Below are positions 17,595 to 26,495 of a stretch of 61,509 nucleotides of DNA, one piece after another. The notes under the pieces are model-generated. The model was given only the letters and a program-made list of their open reading frames with translations, did no database searches and had not been told where the DNA came from. Every line of letters starts with the position of its first letter. The stretch's first letter is position 1. Both the position numbers and the translations under genes were made by a program. Source of the DNA: a virus (lineage: Duplodnaviria > Caudoviricetes); the IMG/VR virus record IMGVR_UViG_3300025759_000004, positions 1-61,509 of that record. The stretch is one strand, 5' to 3'.

Positions 17595-17838
17595 AAATAT
17601 AATAATAAAAAAAGCTAAAGAAGGTACCACTAAAACAAAAGGAGGCCTTCTTTTAGCAGAAACACATAGAGACGATATAAGATATGTAGAAGCAACAGTT
17701 ATTTCGGCTGGCGATGAAATAAACAGTTTAAAAAAAGGTAGTGTCATACTTTATGATAGACACGCTGGACATAAAATAGAAGTTGAAAAAGAAGCATATC
17801 ACGTTATTAAAGTACAAGATGTTGTAGTTGTGTTATGA
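17578..17838 (+). CDS. groES: Co-chaperonin GroES
   Basis: TKTKGGLLL mobile loop; ATVISAG...KKGSVILY. Confidence 0.85.
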   Translation: MKAIGRNIIIKKAKEGTTKTKGGLLLAETHRDDIRYVEATVISAGDEINSLKKGSVILYDRHAGHKIEVEKEAYHVIKVQDVVVVL

Positions 17839-18278
17839 GAAGATTAGAGGCGGATGATATAAAAAATCTCAACCTTATGAAACACTACAGGATTATAAGA
17901 AAGTGGGCGTGCAAAAATAATAATTTAACAGATTCTGAATTAGAGTTGTTAATATATTTGGACTGCATGGATTTTTTTTCAAAGCAAGATTATAAAACAG
18001 GCGTCTATACATACAGCTGGAATAATAGAAGATGGAATAAACTTTTAAAAAGCGGATGGGTAGTGGTATGGAGACATCGGAACAGAACAACACAAAAATA
18101 TAATTTATATAAAACTTCTGTAAAAGCGAAACAGCTTATAAAAAGAATTTATAAAATAATGCTAGGCGAAGAAGATATAAATATAGGTAGAAGAAATAAA
18201 ATAATAAATAGCGAAAAATATAGCGATAAAGTTATGACAAAAGCTATTTATAATGTTAATAATGATAATTTAAGATAA
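17835..18278 (+). CDS. Hypothetical protein, possible winged HTH
   Basis: LTDSELELLIYL...KLLKSGWV...YKTSVKAKQL pattern. Confidence 0.55.
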   Translation: MRRLEADDIKNLNLMKHYRIIRKWACKNNNLTDSELELLIYLDCMDFFSKQDYKTGVYTYSWNNRRWNKLLKSGWVVVWRHRNRTTQKYNLYKTSVKAKQLIKRIYKIMLGEEDINIGRRNKIINSEKYSDKVMTKAIYNVNNDNLR

Positions 18279-18962
18279 ATGGCGGGATATTTTGATTTAG
18301 GATCCTTGTCTGCAGGAATGCAGAGCGAATCAGGTACAAGATCAAGCTATGATAATTACCAAGGGTATAATGCGTCTACCGGATTAGAATTTGGGCCTCA
18401 AGCTATGTTTAGAGCTGGAGGTTACCAAACAGATATGACAAGAGACGGTATGGTTGATACCAAGGAAGAAGGCTGGGGATTATACAATGATATGATCAAA
18501 GCTAGCGGGCAATATGACAGGGATATAAGTCAAGGTAATCAAGAAGCTGGTAAATTAAATGCTTTTGGAATTGGAAATGCTTATAAAAGCATAGCCGATA
18601 CCTCAGGTGAAATTGGAACTTTTGGAGGCATAAGACAGTCAGGCTTTAGAACTTTAGGAGGGGATCCAAATATGAGAATGGGATTTTCTGCTCAAAGAGG
18701 TATTAACCAAGGATTGAGACAATTAACGCAAGCTGATAAATATAGAAACACTGTAGCTTTAAGTGGAGCTTTAGGTGTAGCGTCTAGAAATACAGGAGCA
18801 GGATCACTTGGCTATAATTCAAACATGAGCGCTGATTATTTAAGAAGAGCTTATTCTTTAACACGACCAGGTCAAAGTGCAACAGCTGGGGCTTCTTGGG
18901 CAAATAACGCATTAGGCGGCGGGGCAGCCGGATTAGGTAATTACCGATTTGGTTTAATGTAA
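18279..18962 (+). CDS. Gly/Ala-rich low-complexity protein, putative virion cargo
   Basis: Composition and position. Confidence 0.5.
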   Translation: MAGYFDLGSLSAGMQSESGTRSSYDNYQGYNASTGLEFGPQAMFRAGGYQTDMTRDGMVDTKEEGWGLYNDMIKASGQYDRDISQGNQEAGKLNAFGIGNAYKSIADTSGEIGTFGGIRQSGFRTLGGDPNMRMGFSAQRGINQGLRQLTQADKYRNTVALSGALGVASRNTGAGSLGYNSNMSADYLRRAYSLTRPGQSATAGASWANNALGGGAAGLGNYRFGLM

Positions 18963-18981
18963 ACAAATAAAAACAAAAATA

Positions 18982-19194
18982 ATGATTTCAAAAAATTCAA
19001 ACAAAGTTTTAACAAAAGCTGAACTAGACGGCAATGTAGGGGAAAATGCTTTATGGAGTGGGCCTCTTGATCTTAGCGGATTTCCAATGGGAAAAGGCGC
19101 CAGCAACGGCACTTATGGTTTAGAAATTTTAAAAGCTAGTTGCGGATGTGATGGACTAAAAGCCCCTATTACATCTAAAGCAAAATCTTACTAA
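18982..19194 (+). CDS. Small hypothetical protein
   Basis: ORF in late operon. Confidence 0.6.
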   Translation: MISKNSNKVLTKAELDGNVGENALWSGPLDLSGFPMGKGASNGTYGLEILKASCGCDGLKAPITSKAKSY

Positions 19195-19204
19195 AATTGT
19201 AGAA

Positions 19205-19366
19205 ATGAGACTTTCGATGGGAGATATAAAACTATATGCATTAAACGGAGGCACGCTAGCGGTTAGCATGACTGAAATAGAATTATGGCTAAAAATATTT
19301 TTGCTAGTTGTAACTATAGGTTATACCCTGTCAAAGTGGCATGAAATATATAAAAAGAAAAAATAA
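19205..19366 (+). CDS. 53-aa membrane protein (holin-like)
   Basis: Manual translation ...IELWLKIFLLVVTIGYTLSKWHEIYKKKK; TM helix plus basic tail. Confidence 0.55.
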   Translation: MRLSMGDIKLYALNGGTLAVSMTEIELWLKIFLLVVTIGYTLSKWHEIYKKKK

Positions 19367-19367
19367 T

Positions 19368-19697
19368 ATGGCTTCAAAATTTTCAGCACCGTTTATGGCA
19401 AAATCTCCTTTACTAAAAAAAGGAGACGCACCTTCTCGTAAAAAATCAAAGGGATATTATAACGAAGCTAAAGATTCTGGAACAGGTGCTGCCGCAGGAG
19501 GAGGTATGTCTGAAAAAGGCGTGGCAAAATATAGAAGAGATAATCCCGGCAGTAAATTGCAAACCGCTGTTACTAGAGACCCTAAAAAACTTAAACGTGG
19601 TAGCAAAGCATGGAAGCGTAGAAAATCATTTTGTGCTAGATCAAAAGGATGGAAATCTAAAAGAGGTTTAGCAGCAAGACGCAGATGGAATTGTTAA
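19368..19697 (+). CDS. Small basic virion-type protein
   Basis: GGMSEKGVAKYRRDNPGSKL...RRKSFCAR...ARRRWNC, a widespread phage family; start MASKF. Confidence 0.7.
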   Translation: MASKFSAPFMAKSPLLKKGDAPSRKKSKGYYNEAKDSGTGAAAGGGMSEKGVAKYRRDNPGSKLQTAVTRDPKKLKRGSKAWKRRKSFCARSKGWKSKRGLAARRRWNC

Positions 19698-19716
19698 TAT
19701 ATAAAAAATAAAAAAA

Positions 19717-20037
19717 ATGGGAAATTATAGTCCACTTTCAAAATTTATGTGCACTTCACCGCAAATGGGCGGTGGTAGAGGGCCGGCTCGTATGAATGAA
19801 GATAGCCCACTTGAAGGTAATGCTTTTGGTTACGCAATGCAAAAAACAGGCGGTGATTATGAAAAAGCAAAAGCAATGGTAGAAGGTAAAGGCTCTGCTA
19901 TGCAGATGAAGGGTAAAAAAGTAACAGTAACAACTCAAGACGGTAAAAAAGTTGAAGTTGATAGTAGATCTGCGGAAGCTGCCCACGCTAGAAGATACGG
20001 AGGCGGAAGACAAGATTCACATCAAGATGATCAATAA
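19717..20037 (+). CDS. Small hypothetical protein
   Basis: ORF in late operon; SPL motifs. Confidence 0.6.
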   Translation: MGNYSPLSKFMCTSPQMGGGRGPARMNEDSPLEGNAFGYAMQKTGGDYEKAKAMVEGKGSAMQMKGKKVTVTTQDGKKVEVDSRSAEAAHARRYGGGRQDSHQDDQ

Positions 20038-20099
20038 AATAACAGATTAAGACTGTATAAACATAGTTAAAACAATAACAATAACAAAAAACAAAAAAA

Positions 20100-20399
20100 A
20101 TGGCAATAAGATTAAAATTAACTAATACTGCTAGCGCACCAATCGTGTTAAATGCAAGTTCTATTATTACTTTGTACGCTAACAACACAGACAGTGCGTG
20201 CTACGTATTAAATTCAAATTCACAAGCTGATCAAAATTTAGGTAGTACTAAACTTGCTGGTCAGTTTACGATAACTGGCGGAAGTTACAATGATTTCGCT
20301 AAAGAAATAAACTCAGCGCTAACATCTAATCCAGGAGGTCCAGTGATAAAACTTCACACTGAGGCTCAAATAACAGACTACGTAATACTACCAGGATAA
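20100..20399 (+). CDS. Hypothetical structural protein, paralog A
   Basis: Similar to the next ORF. Confidence 0.65.
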   Translation: MAIRLKLTNTASAPIVLNASSIITLYANNTDSACYVLNSNSQADQNLGSTKLAGQFTITGGSYNDFAKEINSALTSNPGGPVIKLHTEAQITDYVILPG

Positions 20400-20424
20400 A
20401 ATAACAAAATAATAAAACAAAAAA

Positions 20425-20730
20425 ATGGGATATTTAAAATTAACAAACGTTGACTCAGGCTACAAAGGAGGTGCCCCTTTCGTATTAAACTTAGACTATA
20501 TTTTACAGTTTAAAGCAAATTCAAACTTCGGCATTGACATATTAACAACAGCATCAACAGGTCAAGGCGTAATGGAAGGTTTTATTTCAGTAGACAGTGG
20601 TAGCACCACTGCTGACGAAGTAATAGCTTTACAAAAAGAAATAGATAACGCTATAACGGCTTCACCTGGAAGTAGGGTTATAGAATTGCCTACAACAACT
20701 AAACTAACAGGCTTTAGCCTTGGGATCTAA
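20425..20730 (+). CDS. Hypothetical structural protein, paralog B
   Basis: LKLTN...AP.VLN...A.T..PG..VI.L shared with the previous ORF. Confidence 0.65.
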   Translation: MGYLKLTNVDSGYKGGAPFVLNLDYILQFKANSNFGIDILTTASTGQGVMEGFISVDSGSTTADEVIALQKEIDNAITASPGSRVIELPTTTKLTGFSLGI

Positions 20731-20742
20731 ATAAAAACTAAT

Positions 20743-21051
20743 ATGGCTTTTAAAATGAAAGGCGCTCCCTACGTGGAAGATAATACACCTATATATTATG
20801 TAAACATGCAGGACGGCGCTATTGGAAAAGCCAATAATAATGGAACTATTATCATAGCGGATGGTTGCTCCAAAGAGCAGGAAAACGATGTTATTGCTCA
20901 CGAAAAAATACACATTGAACAAATGCTAAGAGGTGATCTGAACTATGATGATGACTATGTTTACTGGAAAGGAAAAAAATATCCTAGAAGTAAAATGAAT
21001 GAGGGCGCTAAAAATTTACCCTGGGAAGCTGAAGCATATAGAAGAGCTTAA
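20743..21051 (+). CDS. Small zincin-like metalloprotease
   Basis: VIAHEKIHIEQ (HExxH) plus PWEAEAY third-ligand motif. Confidence 0.8.
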   Translation: MAFKMKGAPYVEDNTPIYYVNMQDGAIGKANNNGTIIIADGCSKEQENDVIAHEKIHIEQMLRGDLNYDDDYVYWKGKKYPRSKMNEGAKNLPWEAEAYRRA

Positions 21052-21106
21052 GGAAAAAAAGTAAATTATAAGTAATAATATTAATATAACAATTAAATTT
21101 AATATT

Positions 21107-21559
21107 ATGAAAAAATTAATCACAACATTATTTAGTTTATTTTTATTTTTTAGTGTTTATTCACAAGAACAGTTTTCAGGCAATTGGGTACCATCAAATA
21201 ATCAAAAATGGGTTAATAGCCAAGCAAACGTTAGAGCAAAATATGTTAAAAATTTTAATATAATTGCAAATGATATATTTATAGTTTCTTATTTAACAGA
21301 TAGAGATTACATAGAATATCAATATAAAAATCCGTTAACCGTATTTGATAAATCTAAATTTATAGAAAGAAAAGACTTTCACGAAGAGGTTTTAGATTAT
21401 AATGAAAAAAATATAAAAACTATTTTTTATAATTCTAATAACAATTATAGAGTTTATATAAATTACTATTTAAAAAACAAAACAAATATTATAGCTACAT
21501 ATATTGATTTTGACACCGAACAAGTTAAAGGCGTGGTAGCTTATCAAAGAAAAAAATAA
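21107..21559 (+). CDS. Secreted hypothetical protein (Sec signal peptide)
   Basis: MKKLITTLFSLFLFFSVYS|Q; very AT-rich. Confidence 0.65.
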   Translation: MKKLITTLFSLFLFFSVYSQEQFSGNWVPSNNQKWVNSQANVRAKYVKNFNIIANDIFIVSYLTDRDYIEYQYKNPLTVFDKSKFIERKDFHEEVLDYNEKNIKTIFYNSNNNYRVYINYYLKNKTNIIATYIDFDTEQVKGVVAYQRKK

Positions 21560-21565
21560 AAAATT

Positions 21566-22561
21566 ATGTACAAACAATCACCCGGCAGAATGAACATGCC
21601 AAAAACAGGACGAGGCATACCTAGCGCCTTGCCAATGAGCCCTTTAAATAAATTCCCTGTTAAGCCGGGGATGAAGCTTTCAAAATATGAAAAGTTATTA
21701 GACAAAACATCAGGCAATATTTTAACTGATGAAGAAGCTAGTAATATTTTGTCTAGTTCACCAGACACTGACTTAAGTCAATATGAGGGTGTAACAAATT
21801 TAACAGGGGTATCAAAAGACATGGAAGGTAGAGCTTCTATTTCTGAAAGAATTTCTGGCCCTCAAGGAAGAACAAGAAGCTATCAAGGCTATCAATTTCC
21901 AGAAGTTTCTAATGTTACTGGATCTAATACATCTCGAAATGAAGCTAATGAGGTTGATGGTTTTTCATTTCCTAGTGAAGCTAATTATAATCTAACTAAT
22001 AGAACTCAAAAACAAATTGGCAACTTAATACAAAGTAGCAATATTGCAAGCAATAGAAATGTAACTGAACCGGAATCAAAACGGACGACTTCTCCTAAAG
22101 GTGAAAATATTTACACCACAGCTAGAGTTACAGGTCAACAAGATGTTTCTCAATTAATACCAAATGTTAGGTATAGTGGCGGAAAAGCATTTATGACCCC
22201 AAGAGAACAAGTAACTAATTTGACTCAAATGAATAAGAATTTTCCTTCAGCTTTTACAGAAAGCCAAATACAAAGTAATATTTCACAAAATCCAAATCAA
22301 TATTATGCTACCGGGGGTAACTACCAAAGACGGGAAGGTAATATTGGCATTGGTAAAAATGTAAAAGACGCTTATGAGCATATGGACTTTACAGGCAGCA
22401 TGCAGGCTCCTACAACTGGAAGTGGCCCAGCAAGTAATATATATCAAGCAATTACTAGACGTCAGGAAAACGAAGCATTAAGAAACGCTGAAAAAAATAA
22501 ATCCGAAGACTACTACTCCACTAGTAGAAGAAAGGGAAGAAGCGTTAGAGCAAGAAGATAA
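21566..22561 (+). CDS. Polar low-complexity protein, putative virion cargo
   Basis: N-terminal SP motifs; S/T/N/Q-rich. Confidence 0.6.
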   Translation: MYKQSPGRMNMPKTGRGIPSALPMSPLNKFPVKPGMKLSKYEKLLDKTSGNILTDEEASNILSSSPDTDLSQYEGVTNLTGVSKDMEGRASISERISGPQGRTRSYQGYQFPEVSNVTGSNTSRNEANEVDGFSFPSEANYNLTNRTQKQIGNLIQSSNIASNRNVTEPESKRTTSPKGENIYTTARVTGQQDVSQLIPNVRYSGGKAFMTPREQVTNLTQMNKNFPSAFTESQIQSNISQNPNQYYATGGNYQRREGNIGIGKNVKDAYEHMDFTGSMQAPTTGSGPASNIYQAITRRQENEALRNAEKNKSEDYYSTSRRKGRSVRARR

Positions 22562-22567
22562 ATTATA

Positions 22568-22966
22568 ATGAAAAAAATTTGGCAGTGGCTAACTGGCAAT
22601 GTAATTAAAGAAGTCGGGGATGTTATTGATAAGCTTACAACTACTAAAGAAGAAAAGTTAGAGGCGCAAAGATTAATAACTGAAATTCTAGAAAAAGCTG
22701 ATAAAGAAGCTCAAGAACAAGTAACAGCAAGATGGGAATCGGATATGAAGTCTGATTCCTTCTTGTCTAAAAATATACGTCCATTAGTACTTATATACTT
22801 AACAGTTATATTTACTATATGTGCTTTTTTTGATGGCAACATTGGGGAGTTTAAAATAGCAGAAGAATACATACCTATATTTCAAACATTATTAGTTACT
22901 GTTTATGGTGCTTATTTTGTTGGTAGAACTTGGGAAAAAGCTAAAAGTATAGGTAATAATAAATAA
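22568..22966 (+). CDS. Holin (GTA 3TM-like family)
   Basis: ARWESDMKSDSFLSKNIRP, TM helices, YFVGRTWEK. Confidence 0.8.
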   Translation: MKKIWQWLTGNVIKEVGDVIDKLTTTKEEKLEAQRLITEILEKADKEAQEQVTARWESDMKSDSFLSKNIRPLVLIYLTVIFTICAFFDGNIGEFKIAEEYIPIFQTLLVTVYGAYFVGRTWEKAKSIGNNK

Positions 22967-22990
22967 AAATCAATTAAATTAAATTAAATT

Positions 22991-23233
22991 ATGGCAAAAG
23001 CAAAAAAAATTAAAAAAGAAGAATTAGAAATTATTGTTAAAACTAACACTGAAATTTCTAACGTATTAACTCAAATAGGGGGAATTGAAGCCCAAAAGCA
23101 TTCGCTATTGCACCGTATTGCAGAATTAAATCAAGTTATTGAAAATGAAAAACAAAAACTTGAAAAAGAATACGGGCAAGTTTCAATTAATTTAGAAACA
23201 GGAGAGTACGAAGAGATTAAAGCTAGTGAATAA
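22991..23233 (+). CDS. Coiled-coil hypothetical protein
   Basis: C-terminal LEKEYGQVSINLETGEY. Confidence 0.65.
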   Translation: MAKAKKIKKEELEIIVKTNTEISNVLTQIGGIEAQKHSLLHRIAELNQVIENEKQKLEKEYGQVSINLETGEYEEIKASE

Positions 23234-23460
23234 TGGATTCTGTAGTTAGAAAAATAAGCATTGGCTCAGACTACAAAAACGACGCAATGCATTATTCTGT
23301 AGGTCAGCAAGTTTATGGCGGTCATCAAATATCGCATATAATTTTTGATCAAACAGACAATTCGTATAATATACATATAAAAAAGAATAATGAAATATTG
23401 CCTTGGAAAAAATTCAATTCTAATATGGCTATTTCAGTTGAATACGATTTGGAGTACTAA
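23233..23460 (+). CDS. Conserved hypothetical protein
   Basis: RKISIGSDYKNDAMHYSVGQ; translationally coupled. Confidence 0.7.
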   Translation: MDSVVRKISIGSDYKNDAMHYSVGQQVYGGHQISHIIFDQTDNSYNIHIKKNNEILPWKKFNSNMAISVEYDLEY

Positions 23461-24065
23461 TGAATGCATTGTATGACTTTATTGTTAAACCTGTTGGTAA
23501 AAAATACAGTAATACAGTACAGGTTGGCGATAAAAAATTAGTTGTTAATACTAAAATTGAAAACTGGAAGTTTGTTAATAGATTAGCGGAGGTTATTCAA
23601 GTACCATTAGCTTTTAATACTGGTATAAAAAAAGGCGATAAAGTTATAATACATCAAAATGTATTTAGAACTTTTTATGATATGAAGGGTAAAAAGAAAA
23701 AAAGTAGATCTTTTTTAAATGAAGATCATCATCTTTGTTCTTTTGATCAAATATATTTATATAAAAATAAAAGTGGTTGGCACACTGTAGGCGAAAGATG
23801 CTTTGTCCAGCCTATAAAAGATAAGCAAGATTTAACTCTAAATAAAGAGCGAAGCCTTGTTGGTATATTAAAATACAGCAATAGCTCTTTAAAAGCGCTT
23901 AAAATTAACCCAGGGGACTTAGTTGGATTTACTCCAAATAGTGAATGGGAGTTTTTAGTTGATAATGAGCGATTGTATTGTATGAAATCAAATGATATTG
24001 TAATTAAATATGAATACCAAGGAGACGAAGAAAAATATAATCCAAGCTGGACGCAAAGCAGTTGA
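23460..24065 (+). CDS. Tandem GroES-like-domain protein
   Basis: Two GroES-like halves (FIVKP...GIKKGDKVII; CFVQP...INPGDLVGF...YCMKSNDI). Confidence 0.55.
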   Translation: MNALYDFIVKPVGKKYSNTVQVGDKKLVVNTKIENWKFVNRLAEVIQVPLAFNTGIKKGDKVIIHQNVFRTFYDMKGKKKKSRSFLNEDHHLCSFDQIYLYKNKSGWHTVGERCFVQPIKDKQDLTLNKERSLVGILKYSNSSLKALKINPGDLVGFTPNSEWEFLVDNERLYCMKSNDIVIKYEYQGDEEKYNPSWTQSS

Positions 24066-24285
24066 GGAGCTTATAAAAGTAGCTAAAGAGCCTATCGTTG
24101 ATTCTGATGATGATATTTCTGCAGATCGACTAAAAAACGCGGCTGCTACAAAAAAACTTGCTATTTTTGATGCTTTTGAAATACTTGCTAGAATTGAAAA
24201 CGAAGAAGATTTGTTGAATGAAAAACCAAAAGAAGTTAAAGAAGAAAGAACTTTTAAAGGTTTTGCAGAAGGTAGATCTAAGTAA
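24010..24285 (+). CDS. Putative terminase small subunit
   Basis: Small helical ORF coupled to the large subunit. Confidence 0.55.
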   Translation: MNTKETKKNIIQAGRKAVEELIKVAKEPIVDSDDDISADRLKNAAATKKLAIFDAFEILARIENEEDLLNEKPKEVKEERTFKGFAEGRSK

Positions 24286-26495
24286 TGTATAAGCAAACAT
24301 TATACAAAGTATTAAAAGACCATATAAGGCCTAATGTTTTAAAAAAACAAAATAGGTATAAAAAATGGGAGTATGGCTATAATAAAGATTACGATATTAT
24401 AGTTATAAGTAAAACAGGTGAGATAGGTGAAATATATGAAATACAAAATTTAAAAATAGCACTTCCTAAAGAAGCAAATGTATTTAAATTTAATTCTAAC
24501 ACCTGGGAACATACGCCATACCCAAAGGAACTTAAAAAAATAAAGTCAGTTTTTGACTGGGAAGAATACCCTAAAGACTTTAAAGAAAAGTGGTACGATT
24601 ATATAGACGACGAATTTATCAGAAGAGAAGAGGGCTTTTGGTTTTATAATAAAAACGTGCCGACTTATATTACAGGTACACATTATATGTATTTGCAGTG
24701 GTCTAAAATTGATGTAGGCCAACCTGATTTTAGAGAATCAAATAGATTGTTTTATATATTTTGGGAAGCCTGCAAAGCCGATCGAAGATCTTACGGTATG
24801 TGTTATCTTAAAAACCGCCGATCCGGATTTTCATTTATGTCATCAGCGGAAACCGTTAACATGGCAACTATATCTAGCGATTCAAGATTTGGTATATTGT
24901 CAAAGTCAGGGCCTGATGCTAAAAAAATGTTTACAGATAAAGTTGTACCGATATCGGTTAACTATCCTTTTTTCTTTAAGCCAATACAAGACGGTATGGA
25001 CCGTCCGAAAACTGAGCTTGCGTATCGCGTACCAGCTACTAAATACACAAGAAGGAAGCTTGAAACAAATGAAAAAGCTCAAGAACTTGATGGACTAGAC
25101 ACAACTATTGACTGGAAAAATACAGGTGATAATAGCTATGACGGTGAAAAATTAAAGTTATTGGTGCACGATGAAAGCGGTAAATGGGAAAGGCCTACAA
25201 ATATATTGAATAATTGGCGAGTAACAAAAACTTGTTTAAGATTGGGATCTAAAGTAATAGGCAAGTGTATGATGGGTTCAACTAGTAACTCTTTAGATAA
25301 AGGGGGAGATAACTTTAAAAAATTATACTATGACTCAGATGTTACCCAAAGAAACGCCAATGGACAGACTCGCTCAGGACTATATAGTTTGTTCATACCT
25401 ATGGAATGGAATTACGAAGGATACATTGATTCTTATGGGTTACCTGTATTCGATAAACCAAAAGGTGAGGTTAAAGGTCCCCAAGGTGAAATAATAGATC
25501 AAGGTGTAATTGAGTATTGGGAAAATGAAGTTGAAGGTTTAAAGCAAGATCAAGATGCATTAAACGAATTTTATAGACAATTCCCGCGCACTGAAAAACA
25601 TGCTTTTAGGGATGAGTCTAAAGAATCTTTATTTAATTTAACTAAAATATATCAACAGGTTGATTATAATGAAGATTTACAAAACTCTAATATAGTTTCA
25701 AAAGGAAACTTTCAGTGGGAAAATGGTATAAAAGACTCTAAAGTAATATTTGTTCCAAATCCTAATGGTAGGTTTAATATATCCTGGGTTCCTAGTGCAA
25801 ATTTACAAAATAGAGTAATAGTAAAAAACGGAATTAAGTATCCCGGCAATGAACATATGGGTGCTTTTGGATGTGATTCATATGATATATCAGGTACCGT
25901 AGGTAACAGAGGATCTAACGGAGCATTGCACGGGCTTACTAAGTTTAGTATGGAAGATGCCCCTCCAAATAGATTTTTTTTAGAATATATAGCTAGACCT
26001 CAAACTGCTGAAATATTTTTTGAAGATGTACTAATGGCTTGTGTATTTTACGGGATGCCATTATTAGCAGAAAATAATAAGCCAAGACTTTTATATCATT
26101 TTAAAAGAAGAGGCTATAGAGGGTATTCAATGAATAGACCCGATAAAAAATATAATAAGCTATCTACTACAGAAAGAGAATTAGGGGGAATACCTAACTC
26201 TAGTGAAGATATAAAACAAGCTCATGCCGCCGCTATTGAAACATATATTGAAACATTTGTTGGTTTAAATGAAACTGGCTATGGGGATATGTATTTTCAA
26301 AGAACGCTAGAGGACTGGGCTAAATTTAATATAAATAACAGAACAAAACACGATGCCTCTATTAGTAGCGGTTTAGCTATTATGGCTTGTAATAAAAATT
26401 TATATGCCCCATCAACTCCTGTAAATAGGGTTGTTTATAATTTAGGATTTAAAAAATACGACAACAAAGGTTTTGTGTCAAAAATAAAAGAATAA
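24285..26495 (+). CDS. terL: Terminase large subunit
   Basis: Walker A-like KNRRSGFS, Walker B LVHDESGK, MGST, nuclease GCDSYD...HDASIS. Confidence 0.92.
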   Translation: MYKQTLYKVLKDHIRPNVLKKQNRYKKWEYGYNKDYDIIVISKTGEIGEIYEIQNLKIALPKEANVFKFNSNTWEHTPYPKELKKIKSVFDWEEYPKDFKEKWYDYIDDEFIRREEGFWFYNKNVPTYITGTHYMYLQWSKIDVGQPDFRESNRLFYIFWEACKADRRSYGMCYLKNRRSGFSFMSSAETVNMATISSDSRFGILSKSGPDAKKMFTDKVVPISVNYPFFFKPIQDGMDRPKTELAYRVPATKYTRRKLETNEKAQELDGLDTTIDWKNTGDNSYDGEKLKLLVHDESGKWERPTNILNNWRVTKTCLRLGSKVIGKCMMGSTSNSLDKGGDNFKKLYYDSDVTQRNANGQTRSGLYSLFIPMEWNYEGYIDSYGLPVFDKPKGEVKGPQGEIIDQGVIEYWENEVEGLKQDQDALNEFYRQFPRTEKHAFRDESKESLFNLTKIYQQVDYNEDLQNSNIVSKGNFQWENGIKDSKVIFVPNPNGRFNISWVPSANLQNRVIVKNGIKYPGNEHMGAFGCDSYDISGTVGNRGSNGALHGLTKFSMEDAPPNRFFLEYIARPQTAEIFFEDVLMACVFYGMPLLAENNKPRLLYHFKRRGYRGYSMNRPDKKYNKLSTTERELGGIPNSSEDIKQAHAAAIETYIETFVGLNETGYGDMYFQRTLEDWAKFNINNRTKHDASISSGLAIMACNKNLYAPSTPVNRVVYNLGFKKYDNKGFVSKIKE

